From Eledone cirrhosa (lineage: Eukaryota): DNA of 64,000 nucleotides. Under the pieces are notes generated by a model that saw only the letters and a program-made list of their open reading frames with translations, did not search any database and was not told where the DNA came from. Numbering within the stretch: position 1 is the first letter of the stretch; the number at the start of each line of letters is the position of its first letter. The DNA is taken from positions 248,001 to 312,000 of the forward strand of contig CAXHJY010000343.1 in the NCBI GenBank assembly GCA_964016885.1. The letters run 5' to 3'. Below, piece after piece: positions 38,250-55,485 of this stretch. A program made the translations under genes and the position numbers.

Positions 38250-38726
38250 ACAAGAGAATTATTTACCACAGACACCACAATGATATGGTTCCTCTCCTGT
38301 ATATGTTAGTGTGTAGTGAAGTCACAACATTTAGAGAATGATTTATCACAGACACCACAGGGATATGGTTCCTCTCCTGTATATGTTAGTGTGTAGGCAG
38401 GCCACAACATTTAGAGTATGATTTATCACAGACATCACAGGGATATGGTTCCTTTCCTGTATATTAGTGTGTAGTGAAGCCACAACATTTAGAGAATGAT
38501 TTACTACAGACATCACAGTGATATGGTTCCTCTCCTGTATATTAGTGTCTAGTTAAACCACAACATTTAGAGAATGATTTATCACAGTGATATGGTTCCT
38601 CTCCTGTATGTTAGTGTTTAGTGAAACCAAAACATATAGAGAAGGATTTACCACAGACATCACAGTGATATAGTTCTTCTCCTGTATGTTAGTGTCTAGT
38701 GAAACCAAAATTAGAAAATGATTTAC
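38250..38726 (-). repeat. 80/78-bp zinc-finger-derived tandem repeat (about 6 units)
   Basis: Same unit as 11925-12205; period 80, 80, 78. Confidence 0.8.
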
Positions 38727-39061
38727 ATGGGCTCACGGTGTATATGACAAAGGACCGTGACAAGTGGAGAGATGCTGTGTTGAATAGGATTCATCCCACC
38801 CTTGCAAGCAGGGAAAAGCAGACGTAAAATGATGATGATGATGATGATATGTTTTCCCTCATCTATGCATATATTTAGTTAAATTGCTGCATTAAAAGAT
38901 ATATTTTCCAAACATATCAAAGTGATATGGCTTCCCACCTGTATATATTTGTGTTAATGTAGCATTGAAAGAGAATGATTTACCATAGATATTACACTGA
39001 TATATATTTGTATTCTCATTAATTCACAATTTTGCGAGGATTTATCACTGATGTCAATTCG

Positions 39062-41006
<1,945 letters not shown>

Positions 41007-41106
41007 AATAATTTTATCTCCAACAGAATATACTTGTAATATTTTTTAGATTATATTCCTAAAAAATATATCTTCTATATTTCCCTCAACTGTGATTTCA
41101 GTTAAT

Positions 41107-41566
41107 AGTCTTCAAATGATGATAAATAGAGGTGATGTATCCGAGATTGAAAATAATAATTTATCCTAATGTCATCTGGTATTCTGAAATAAGAAAGAAA
41201 CAGTATGAGATAATAGAGAATACTTAAGAAGCAGAGATAGATTTAACAGTGGAAATTTTATATTTCTATATTGGTAGACTGTAGATATCAACTTTCCTGT
41301 CCAGAGTAATTCTCTCCAATGCAAACAGTGGTATTCCAGCATGCTCTATAAATGTTATCCTTCTATCTCTAGAGAAGTCTGCTCTATGGCAGTTTAGTGA
41401 AAAATTCCTTCTGATAGGACTCTCTAACATAGCTATTATCTACTCTCCTGGTGACATGACAACACCAGTTTAACTTCCATCTTTTTATTAGTAGGAGTCA
41501 ATTGTTCCTCTACATCTTTTTCTTACTTCTTTTCTATCTTCCTCTGGGAGAAATCGGCTGTGTTTA
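41107..41566. repeat. Left arm of a 460-bp inverted duplication (right arm 44152-44609)
   Basis: Near-identical reverse complement of the ZNF upstream region. Confidence 0.88.
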
Positions 41567-42688
41567 TCCTTTGCAGTTGCTGCCCATGTCTTACTACCAT
41601 GCAGCATCGCACATCGGCATCATATAACCATCCTTTCGTATGCAGGGACAAACCCTTCTTTGTCAACAGAGAAAGCAGCTCCCTAGACTTCTTCCAACCC
41701 ATCCTTATTCTAGATACTATGGCCTCGGAACACCCCTCCCATGCTAATCTGATCACCTAGGTACCGGAAGCTATCAACCACATCTATAGAACCCACCTGT
41801 ATTTGAAAAATGTGTTTATCACTGCGATTACTACTGCCAACTTTCCCTGTACATCTACTGCATACATAGTTATCCCTACCTGTTGGTTTGCCTGCTATCC
41901 CACTACATCTCTTGTGTACCCAACATCTGCATTGCGTACATTTTATGGAATTTATGCCAGTTCCTTTCCCACATATCGAACATGGCCATTTCCACGATGG
42001 AATCAGAGTTTTGTCCTCTTTTCTACTCATCAACACTTTTGTTTAAGCTATGTTCACTCTCAGGCCTCCTGATTCCAACTGCTGTTTCCATAGCCAGAAT
42101 TTATTCTCTAACCCCTCTACTGATTCGCTGATTCTGCTATAAGAACCAGATCATCAGCATAGAGAAGTTCCCATGGGCATCCAGTCTTAAACTCCTCTGT
42201 TATGGCTTTTAGGCCTATAACGAACAAGAGTAGGCTGAGGACCGAACCTTGACGTACACCTACTTGTATCTGGAATTCCTCACTAAACTCCATTCCTACC
42301 CTCACTTTACTGACAGCACCCCTGTACATAGCTAGCACTGTCCTCACAAGCCATTCCTCTACACCTAGTTTCCTTAGGGACCACCAGATGACAGATCAGG
42401 GTACCCTATCAAAGACCCTCTCTAGGTCAATAAAAGATATGTATAGTGACTTATTCTTCTCTAAGAACCTCCTTGTAGTTGCCTCACTATGAAGAGGGTT
42501 TCTGTTGTACTTTTCCGAGGCACAAAACCAAACTGCATCTCATCTAAATTGACCCTTTCTCTAATCAGCTGCGCTAATATTCTCTCTGCCACTTTCATAA
42601 CCTGATCCATCAGCTTTATGCCCCTATAATTGCTCCTCTCTAGAGCATCCCCTTTACCTTTGTAGCAATTTATGAGAATACTGCTGTA
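41563..42688 (-). mobile_element. RTE RT fragment
   Basis: NYRGIKLMD, YADDL, PHD-like cluster, SFRYLG. Confidence 0.9.
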
Positions 42689-42743
42689 CCTACATTATAT
42701 GCTTTCATTATACCATTCTATTTAGATTATATATATTGATTGT

Positions 42744-43200
42744 CATCATCATCATCGTTTAACGTCTACCTTCCACGCTGGCATGGGTTTATATGGGAAT
42801 TGTCCCACTTGAGGCAAGATTGGTCGGGTGACCGTATCTCACTTGTATAGGACTAGATGGCGGGTTTTCTATGGCTGGATATCCTTCCTAACACCAACCC
42901 CGTTTACAGTGTGGACTGGGAGGTTTTTACCATGTTACCTACACGGCCACATTACAGCGTGGACTATGTGTTTTTTTGTCGTGACACCTACACGACCTCA
43001 TTTATTTAGGACTGGATGTTGTGGTACCAACATAACTTTACAGAGATAGGGTGGTGTTGATGGGGTGGAATAGGGGTAGTGGGATGTATATTTGGTTAAG
43101 AGGTGCCTACTGACTGTAGGTTTCGCTTTGTACTTAGGCAAGGCGGATCTTCTGTATTACTGAGTAGCGCCAAAGATCTCGGTCCAGTGACATTGTCTTA
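42744..43200 (-). mobile_element. RTE 3' UTR/tail
   Basis: (CAT)n tail; homologous to 30596-31030. Confidence 0.75.
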
Positions 43201-43227
43201 ATGTGTATATATATATATACACACAAT

Positions 43228-43258
<31 letters not shown>

Positions 43259-43289
43259 GTGTGTGTGTTAAACTGTTTATATACACGCA

Positions 43290-43930
43290 TTATTCAACCT
43301 GCCCTTTGTTTTAAAGAAAAAGCCTTTAGTAAGTTGCCATGGTAGTAGCATCCTGAACCTTTTCCATTCCATGTTCACTCAGGCTGCTCTACTTTCAGAA
43401 CCCCCCCCCCCTCCACTGATTGTATCATCACCCAGGTAACAGAAGCTGTCTACCTCTTCTATGTGACCCTCCAACAGTTTGTTAGGGCTTGTTTCCTGTG
43501 AAGGCGTGTGGCTGAGTGGTTAGAGAATTGGATTCGCAATCGTGAGGTTGTGAGTTTGATTCACCGACCGGGTGATGTGTTATGTCTTTGAGCAAGGCAT
43601 TTTATTTCACATTACTCCTTCTACCTGGAGTTGTGACTGATAGGTAGTATTAGCAATTGGAAAGACCAATGGAAACATTGTTTCCTCGGTCCAATTTGAC
43701 GAAAGTCAATCGTTGCTTCCTGTGAATGTTTGCTGCTTACTGCTCCTGTGCAATGGCCACATGTAAAACCTATGTTCTTAGCTAACCTACCTGAGATCCC
43801 ACTACATCTCTTGTGTACCCATTGTTTGTATTTTGGACAGAGAATGGAATTTCTACCTACACCTTTCTAGCACACAGAGCAAGGCCATTTTTCTGAGGGG
43901 ATCAGGGCTCTGTTTTCCCTTCTACTGATA
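43290..43930 (-). mobile_element. RTE fragment interrupted by a SINE
   Basis: WPCSVC..WVHKRCSGI and SFCYLG remnants on either side of the SINE. Confidence 0.7.
43503..43712 (+). mobile_element. Full-length 210-bp SINE with 14-bp target-site duplication
   Basis: TTG(T/C)TTCCTGTGAA at 43489-43502 and 43713-43726; tRNA-like head. Confidence 0.85.
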
Positions 43931-44605
43931 CTTGTTTTCCCTTCTACTGGCTAACCCAGATCTAGTCCTCAACAAATGAAACACTAGTGGAGTCGTAGGG
44001 GTACACTAAGTGACATACAGTATTTCTCAGGCATATTTAAAAACCTGATCGAGCCCATCACCTCTCTCGTTTGAACAGAATTGAGATCTGAATAAAACTT
44101 CAAGTGAAATCAGATATTGTATGGATTCATATAGACTCGTAACTCCTGGTCTAAACACAGCCGATTTCTCCCAGAGGAAGATAGAAAAGAAGTAAGAAAA
44201 AGATGTAGAGGAACAATTGACTCCTACTAATAAAAAGATGGAAGTTAAACTGGTGTCATGTCACCAGGAGAGGAGATAATAGCTATGTTAGAGAGTCCTA
44301 TCAGAAGGAATTTTTCACTAAACTGCCATAGAGCAGACTTCTCTAGAGATAGAAGGATAACATTTATAGAGCATGCTGGAATACCACTGTTTGCATTGGA
44401 GAGAATTACTCTGGACAGGAAAGTTGATATCTACAGTCTACCAATATAGAAATATAAAATTTCCACTGTTAAATCTATCTCTGCTTCTTAAGTATTCTCT
44501 ATTATCTCATACTGTTTCTTTCTTATTTCAGAATACCAGATGACATTGGGATAAATTATTATTTTCAATCTCGGATACATCACCTCTATTTATCATCATT
44601 TGAAG

Positions 44606-44920
44606 ACTGGAGAGAAGCAAGCATGCTCCGTTGGATGTGCAATGTCAATGTGTGTGAACGACCAAGCATAGACGAGTTGAGAAAGAAACTGGGTATTAGA
44701 GGGATAAGTTGTGGTGTGCAGGAGAGAAGACTGAGATGGTATGGACATGTGACCACTGGGTAAAGAAGTGCCAAATAATCCCAGTAGTAGGAAGACGCAG
44801 AAGAGGTAGACCACGTAAAACATTGGCGGAGGTGGTGAGAGAAGACCTCAGATTGCTGAAACTCACCGAGGAGATGACAAGTGGAGAGATGCTGTGCTGA
44901 ATAGGACCTGTCCCACCCTT
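44606..44920 (+). mobile_element. RTE 3' fragment
   Basis: ASMLRWMC...RRLRWYGH...RGRPRKT. Confidence 0.75.
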
Positions 44921-45096
44921 ATACTATATACTAGTATTCCAGTGTTTAGGGAGAGACCGATAACATTGTTAGAACACATTGCAGCCTTGAAGAGCTGGTT
45001 TCAACAAGATTGGGTGATGAAAGTTATAGTTTTTGTAGTAGGATCTTATCACATAAGGTTTCTTCAAAGATTCTTCTAGAGTTACAGTCATTTATA

Positions 45097-45399
45097 TATA
45101 TATGTGTGTGTTTTGAACAATGAAAGTAAAACTAGAGATAAAGATATGTTCTTAATTAGTTCATTGTTTTACGATCATTTCAGAGATTTGATTGATCATG
45201 GTAGATTGATATATTGACAAACAGGTAGTTGTTATGTCACTAACTATTTCTAGTCTCAAAATCCCTGATCAATCACACCGTATCAATATATTGATTTACC
45301 ATGATCAATCAACCCTCTGAAACGATTGTAAAACAATGAACCATATCTCAGACTTTTGTTTTATTTTCAATGTTCAATACCCACAAACACACATATATA
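45097..45399. repeat. Imperfect palindrome (MITE-like)
   Basis: GTTCATTGTTTTACGATC.TTTCAGAG..TTGATTGATCATGGTA mirrored by TACCATGATCAATCAA..CTCTGAAA.GATTGTAAAACAATGAAC. Confidence 0.65.
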
Positions 45400-45501
45400 A
45401 TTGACAATTTCTTTGGAATAATTTATAAGACTTGTGGCTGGAACAAAGTACCAGCCAGACAGAGGGTGACCTAGTGGTGAAACAGCACAGTAGATAGAGC
45501 T

Positions 45502-45711
45502 ATTAACCCTGTAGCATTTACATTACTCTATATTTACTATTATATTTTCATGGTAAAGTCTTTATCTCACATAATATTGAATCTATGAGACTTTGATATT
45601 ACTTATTTTGAGGACAATACATTAACATCAATATGAGCAGCGAGTTACAGCCGGTTTGAACAGAAAGAAGTGAGAGAATTCTGGCTGGATACGGCCAGTT
45701 TAAATGATAAA
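45502..45711. mobile_element. piggyBac-like non-autonomous element, right end truncated
   Basis: TTAA-CCCTGTAGCATTTA ... TAAATGATAAA; similar left ends at about 16143 and 26112. Confidence 0.4.
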
Positions 45712-45991
45712 TGAGGTTGGTGTTAGGAGGGCATCCAGCTCTAGAAATCAAGCCAAATCAGTTCCTTTATGAGCAAGGAATGGTCAGCCGACCAGACACT
45801 GCCCAGAACAGAACAACCCGTCTAACCCATGCTAGTGTGGAAGAATGGACGTAAAACGGTGATGATGATATCTAAAATAGAGAATGTCTAAAACTCAAGA
45901 ACCAACCAACCGATTGTTTTCAAATTTACACATGTAATATTTATAGTCCTGTGAGTGTTTTTCAAATTTTCAATGCCCTAGGGACCGCATT

Positions 45992-47832
45992 AGGTTAATC
46001 CTAACTTTGCTGACTGCTCCCCAAAACATGGCTTTCACAAGCCATTCATCTACTCCTAGTTTTCTAAGAGCCCACCAGATTACAGCATGTCGAACTCTGT
46101 CAAAGGCTTTCACAAGGTCGACAAATGCCAAGTAGAGTGGCTTACTTTTAGCTAGGTACTTTTCCTGTAACTGCCTCACAAGGAAGAGGGCATCAGTGGT
46201 GCCTCTTCCTGGTACAAACCCAAATTGCATCTTGTCTATTTTCACCCGGTCCCTAATCAACTGTGCTATAACTCTTTGTTACTTTCATGACCTGGTCCAT
46301 CAGCTTCATACCTCTCAAGTTTCCTCTATATAGTGCATCGCCTTTACCTTTGTAGCAGTTGACAATGATGCTACTGCACCAATCTTTTGGTATGACACCT
46401 AGTATTACCTGGTTAACAATACGTGTGGTTATAGTGTGACCTACAGACCCAGATGCCTTCAGCATCTCGGCAGCTATACTCGATAGACCAGTTGCCTTCC
46501 CCATCTTCATATCTTTGATTGCCTTACTTACTACGTTGCTGCTGACTTGTACTGCTGGCCCCTCTATAGGGTCTACTTGGGGTAGGGTCTCTTCTTCCCA
46601 TGCATTCTCCTCATTTAGTAATCTCTCATAATGACTCTTCCATGCATCTTTCTTCTCAACACTTGTGAGGGCAAGCTCACCTTTATCATTCCGGATACAC
46701 TTCTCTCCAATGACATCACAACTATCTCTGACACACTGCCTCGCAATCTTGAATACCTCCTGTTTCTGGCCCTCACGTTGCAAAACATGCTTGAATTTTC
46801 TATCCTCTGCTTCCCTCCTAGCTAAGTATACTTGTCCCCTAACTTCCCTCTTGGTCTCTATGTAATGTACCCTGCTCCCCCCATTCTTCCATTCTTTCCA
46901 TGCCTGTCTCTTGGCCTTAACTGCTTCATCTACCTTATTGTTCCACCACCAAGTCACTCTCCTCCTGCTTGAGGTCTTACTCCAGCCACAGACCTCATCC
47001 GTCGCCTCTAGTAAATTATTTTTTAGGAACTCCCAGTTCTCTTCTACATTGAATGTCTCTATCTGTTCTTCTTTACTGTCGTAGGCATTGAGTAAAATAT
47101 CTTTAAATCTGTTACTGGTTGAGGGGACTTTCATCGTCCAGATCTTTCTTCTCCAGGTTGGCCTCTGTTTCCAGGTTCAACTAGTTCTGGCCGTGAGGTC
47201 GCCGACAACTAAGCTATGTTGGGATGTACATTCCTCACTAGGGAAGGCTTTTGTGTTTACGACCGTCCATCTGTCACGTCCTCTGATGAGGATAAAATCT
47301 ATCTGACTGGAGTGCTCCCCTGATCTATAGGTGATCAGGTGGTTGTCGGGTTTTTTAAAGTTTGTGTTACATATCGACATGTCATTGGCGTCGCAGAATT
47401 CTAGAAGTCTGAATCCCTCCTCATTTCTTGTGCCAACCCCTTGGCCTCCATGTACTCTATTGAAGCCGTCGCAGTGTTTACCTACGTGTCCGTTAAAATC
47501 TCCTGCGATGATTAGGAAGTCATTGTCGTCTGTTAGAGCAGTAGTGTGCATTAGGGACTCGTAAAACCTATCCTTAAGTTCGTCTGGCAACCCCGATTGG
47601 GGTGCGTCAGCTGATATTATTGTGGTAATTGTTTTATGCAGGACTAGTCTGAGTTTAATGATTCTTGCATTTACCCTGTACACTGAGATTACTTTATCTA
47701 CCTACTTGTCAGCTAGTAGTATACCTACACCACCCATCCCATCGTCATTTCCCACCCAGAAAAATTTGTAGCACCGACTTTTTCCTACAAGGACTCTGGC
47801 ACACTCTCCTCTCCATCTAGTCTCTTGCACAC
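45992..47832 (-). mobile_element. RTE LINE 5' half (APE endonuclease and start of RT)
   Basis: QETRWRG, GVGILL, AGDFNGHVG, IDFIL, SQH.LVV, TWWWN, QFGF, VDLVKAFDRV. Confidence 0.93.
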
Positions 47833-49029
47833 ATGTATATATATATATATTATACATATATATATATATGTGTCACTTGCTGGATCTGCTAGAAGGACCC
47901 AGATAATATGAGATGTTCTCCCGGCTGTATCATATACTGCAAATCTATGCAGATGTATACACATATATACACAGACACATAAAGATACACATGTAATTAT
48001 ACACACATTGAAGTGGTTGATAGCTTCTGTGACTTAATTAGCAGTGGAGGATGACTGTATAACACCTGCCAATAAAATATGATGCTGCATGGTAGTGAAA
48101 CATGGGCTGTGACAGCAGAAAAAAGTGTAGACTGGAGAGGAATGAAGCAACCATGATTCATTGGATGTGGGTGAAGAAGTGCCAGGACATCCCAGTAGGA
48201 GGAAGCTATAGTAGAGGTAGACCAAGAAAGACCTGGACAGAGGCTGTGTGAACTGACTTCAAATGACTGAATCTCACAGAGGAGATGACAAAGGAACACG
48301 ACAAGTTGAAAGATGCCATGTTGAGAAGGACATGTCCAACCCAAGGAAGCATAGAAAAACAGACATAAAAACAGTGATGATGTTGATGAAGATGACGTAC
48401 ATATACACACATACATAATAAATAAATCAAATACAGATATGCACAGTGGAGGCACATGGCTTAGTGGTTAGAGCATTGGCCTTGCAATCGAAAGGTTGTG
48501 AGTTCAATTCTCAGACCGTGTGATGTGTTGTTTCCTTGAGCAAGACACTTTATTTCACATTGCTCCAGTTTACTCAGCTGTAGAAATGAGATGATAGGGA
48601 CTGGGGTTCATATTATTCCACTGCAAAGTGGCCGTGGAGGTGCCATGGCAAAAAAGCACCCAGCACTCTCTGTAAATGAGGTTGGTGTTAAGAAGGGCAT
48701 CCAGCTGTAGAAATCAAGCCAGAATCAGTTCCCGTCCCACCCTTGCAAGCAGGGAAAAGCGGACATAAAAAGATGATGATGATATGTACATACTTATATA
48801 CAAACATATACATGGACACAAATTTCTACACACATACATTCACATATAGCATATGTCAATTCTGAACAATACAGTTTTGTCAGCACAAGTCTTGGTTAAA
48901 ACATCTAAAATAAAATGAAAGAAGAATAATTTCTTAGTAAAACAGTTTTATTCAAGATATTAACAACATTTTAGGTGAGTGACATGGTTTTTATCTTGTC
49001 TGATTGTGTTTGTGTTGCATCAAGTAACC

Positions 49030-49590
49030 TTTACAAGAGAATTATTTATCACAGACACCACAGTGATATGGTTCCTCTCTTGTATGTGCTAGTGTGTAGG
49101 GAAGCCACAACATTTAGAGAAGGATTTATCACAGTGATATGCTTCCTCTCCTGTATATGTTAGTGTGTAGTGAAGCCACAACATTTAGAGAAGGATTTAC
49201 CACAGACACCACAGTGATATGGTTCCTCTCCTGTATGTTAGTGTGTAGTGAAGCCACAACATATAGAGAAGGATTTATCACAGACATCACAGTGATATGG
49301 TTCCTCTCCTGTATATGTTAGTGTGTAGGGAAGCCACAATATATAGAGAATTATTTACCACAGACATCACAGGGATATAGTTCCTCTCCTGTATATGTTA
49401 GTGTGTAGGGAAGCCACAATATATAGAGAATTATTTACCACAGACATCACAGGGATATAGTTCCTCTCCTGTAAGTTATTGTGTAGTGAAGCCACAACAT
49501 TTAGAGAAGGATTTACCACAGACATCACAGTGATATGGTTCCTCTCCTGTATGTTAGTGTTTGGTGAAACCAAAATTAGAAAATGAATTA
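49030..49590 (-). repeat. 80/78-bp zinc-finger-derived tandem repeat (about 7 units)
   Basis: Same unit; includes near-identical adjacent copies. Confidence 0.8.
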
Positions 49591-49971
49591 CATGGACTGA
49601 GGTGGTAAGGGCAGACCTCTGAACCTCACGGTGTAGATGACAAAGGACCGTGACAAGTGAAGAGATGCTTTGCTGAATAGGACCCATCCCACCCTTGCAA
49701 GCAGGGAAAAGCGGACGTAAAATGATGATGATGATGATGATGATGATGATAATATGGTTTCCCTCATCTATGCATATATTTAGTTAAATTGCTGCATTAA
49801 AAGATATATTTTCCAAACATATCAAAGTGATATGGCTTCCCACCTGTATATGTTTGTGTGAAGTTAATGTAGCATTGAAAGAGAATGATTTACCATAGAT
49901 ATTACACTGATATATATTTGTATTCTCATTAATTCACAATTTTGAGAGGATTTATCACTGATGTCAATGCG

Positions 49972-52100
<2,129 letters not shown>

Positions 52101-52851
52101 TAATGATATTTTCTTCAACAGAATATACAATTGATTTACTTGTAATATTTCTTATATTATATTCCTAAAAAATATATCTTCTATATTTCCCTCAATTGTG
52201 ATTTCAGTTAATATCTGAAGATAATACAAACTTATGTTTCACCCAAGTTTAGTTAAAATACAAAACCATCTCATAGTGAAGAAAATAAACTCAGTTCTGA
52301 GGAAATATTTCACAGTAATTGAACTATAGATTTATATAAACAGTGTTATATAAGTTCTGTTTAAAATATTTTAGTCTTCAAATGATAAATATAGGTGGTG
52401 TATCCAAGATTGAAAATAATACTTTATGCCAATGTAATCCGGTATTCTGAAATGAAAAAGAAACAGTATGAGATAATACAGAATACTTTAGAAGTAGAGA
52501 TAGATTTAAGAGTGGACATTTTATATTTCTATGTTGATAAACTATAGATGTCAACTTTCCTGTCCAGAGCAATTCTCTCCAATGTAAGCAGTGGTATTCA
52601 AGCAAGCTCTGTAAATTATATCCTTCTATCTCTAGAGAGGTCTGCTCTACGGCAGTTTAGTGAAAAATTCATTCTGATAGGACTTTCTAACGTAGCTATC
52701 ATCTCCTCTCCTGGTGACATGTCAATACAGGTTTAACATATACATATATAAATATATATACACACACACACATATATATACACAAATATATACACATATA
52801 TATACACATATATATAAATATATATACACACACATACATAAATATACACAC

Positions 52852-52882
<31 letters not shown>

Positions 52883-52883
<1 letters not shown>

Positions 52884-54130
52884 GCAACTTTTACAAACAA
52901 CCACAATGACAGAGGATGGAGACATAATTATGCTAGCAGGGGACTTCAATGGTCATGTTGGATAGCTCCAGGATGATTACATTGGGGTACATGGTGGGCA
53001 CGGTTACAGCTCAAGAAATGAAGAAGGAGTGAGACTTCTTGAATTTTGTGATGCAAGTACACTAACTGTTTGCAACACAAACTTCCAGAAACCTGCCAAT
53101 CCCCTAATAACCTACAAATCAGGCGAGCACATAAGCCAGATTGACTTCTTACTAGTTAGGCAGCGGGATAGGCAGATGGTGTCAAATACAAGGCATACCC
53201 TGGGGAAGAATGTACCCTACAGCATAGGTTAGTCGTTAGTGATATCTCATTAAGCAAGAGATGGAATGAGACATACAGGAAGGTGTGTAAAAGAAAGGTC
53301 TGGAAGCTAAAAGAGCTTTCACTAAAATACAAATTTAGGAAAGCCCTTCAAGATGTGTATGACGAAAAAGAAGACAATTTAGAGATGTATGACATAGATA
53401 ATAACTGGAATTTCTTACTGATGAAACTTGTGGCTGGAGCAGAGCTCCAACCAGACAGAGAGTGACCAGGTAGTGGAACAGCACAGTAGATAAGGCCATT
53501 AGAGAAAAAAGACTATCATGGAAAGCTTGGAAAAAGGGTGGGAGAAGAGAAGGATATACAGCCACTAAGAGAGAAGCTAGACGTCAGGTGTACTTAGCAC
53601 GCAGGGAGGCTGAGAGTAGGAGGTTTGCCAATGTTCTTCGATGGGAAGATCAGAGGCGTGCGGTGTCCCACATTGCAAGGCAGTGTGTCAATGCAAATCA
53701 GGATGTTGTTGGAGATAAATGTGTCCGGAATGATGCCGGTGTACTTAGTGTCATGAATGATCAGAACAAGGAGGCCTGGAAATGTCATTATGAGAGACTG
53801 ATGAATGTGGAGCACGAATGGGAGAGAGAGAAATTACCCTCAGTAGATCCAACAGAGGGACCAGCTATTGAGATTGACGAATATAGGATACAAGAGGCTA
53901 CTAAGGAAATGAAAAATGGTAAGGCTTCTGGACCATCGAGGATAGTTGATGAGATGCTGAAGGCATCAGGGGATGTAGGCACTAAACTGGTTGCACGCAT
54001 CATCAATCAGGCTATATATGGTGGTGTCATATGCAAAGACTGGTGCAGCAGTATTCACATAAATTGCTACAAAGGTAAAAGGGATGCTCTGGAGAGGAAC
54101 AATTATAGGGGTATAAAACTGATGGATCAG
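52883..54130 (+). mobile_element. RTE LINE endonuclease to start of RT
   Basis: AGDFNGHVG, LLEFCDA, IDFLL, NYRGIKLMDQ, then an inversion breakpoint. Confidence 0.9.
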
Positions 54131-55485
54131 CTTGCAAGGGTGGGACGGGTTTTATTCAGCACAGCATCTTTCCACTTGTCAGAGTCCTTCGTCATCTCCA
54201 CCATGAGTTTCAGCAATCTGAGGTCTGTTCTCACCACCTCCGCCCATGTTTTTCGTGGTCTACCTCTAATACGTCTTCCTTCAACTGGCATTTCCTGGCA
54301 CTTCTTCACCCATCAGTCTTCCTCCATGCGCATGACATGTCCATACCACCTCAGTCTCCTCTCCCGTACACTACATTCTATCTCTCTCAACACATCTATG
54401 CTGGGTCGTTCACACTGCACATCCAACGGAGCATGCTTGCCTCATTTCTCTCCAGCCGTTGCATATCCTCTGCAGTTGCTGCCCATGTCTCACTACCATG
54501 CAGCATCGCGCTCTTCACACCGGCATCATATAACTGGCCTTTCGTACGCAGGGAGAAACCCCTCTTCGACAGCAGCTCCCTAAACTACTTCCAACCCAGC
54601 CTTATTCTAGATACTATGGCCTCGGAACACCCTCCTCCCATGCTAATCAGATCTCCTAGGTACCGGAAGCTATCCACCACTTCTATAGCACCCTCCTGCA
54701 TTTGTAAAATGTGTCTATCACTGTGACTTCTGTCTAATTTCCCTGTACATCTAATGCATACGTATTTCTCCCTACCTGTTAGTTTGCCTGCTATCCAGCT
54801 ACATCTCTTGTGTACCCAGGATCTGCATTGTGTGCATTTTATAGAATTTATGCCAGTTCCTTTTCTGCATATCGAACATGGCCATTTCCCTGACGGAATC
54901 AGGGTTTTGTCCTCTTTTCTACTCATCAACACGTTTGTCTTAGCTAGGTTCACTTTCAGTCCTCTGGCTTCCAACTGATGTTTCCATAGCCAGAATTTAT
55001 TGTCTAGCTCCTCGACTGATTCTGCTATAGGAACCAGATCATCAGTATAGAGAAGTTCCCATGGACAGCCAGTCTTAAACTCCTCTGCTATGGCTTGGAG
55101 GACTATAATGAACAAGAGCAGGCTGAGGACCGAACCTTGATGTACTCCTACTTGTATCTTGAATTCCTCACTAAACTCCATTCCTACCCTGACTTTACTG
55201 ACAACACCTCTGTACAAAGTTTGCACTGTCCTCACAAGCCATTCCTCAACACCTAGTTTCCTTAGGGACCACCATGACAGATCGGGGTGCCCTATCAAAG
55301 GCCTTCTCTAAGTCAACAAAGGCTCAGTATAGAGTATAGTGGCTTATTCATCTCTAAGAACCTCTCTTGTAATTGTCTCACCAAGAAGAGGGCATCTGTT
55401 GTACTCTTCCCAGGCACAAAACCAAACTGCATCTCATCTAGTTTAACCCTTTCATAACCTGATTACCACTTTCATAACCTGATCC
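54131..55485 (-). mobile_element. RTE RT to 3' end, inverted relative to its 5' half
   Basis: Begins at GGATCAGGTTATGAAAG (DQVMK), exactly where the plus-strand part stops. Confidence 0.88.

Noticed and set aside
44258-44449. 63-aa ORF MSPGEEIIAMLESP, repeated at 50421
   Set aside because: Conservation is explained by recent duplication; not kept intact in the more diverged copies at 14.7 and 52.5 kb
54121-54140. Twin-priming 5' inversion
   Set aside because: The junction joins two 3' ends; twin priming gives a head-to-head junction with the tail outermost
53588-54583. 331-aa ORF as a novel gene
   Set aside because: Chimera of sense and antisense RTE sequence across an inversion junction
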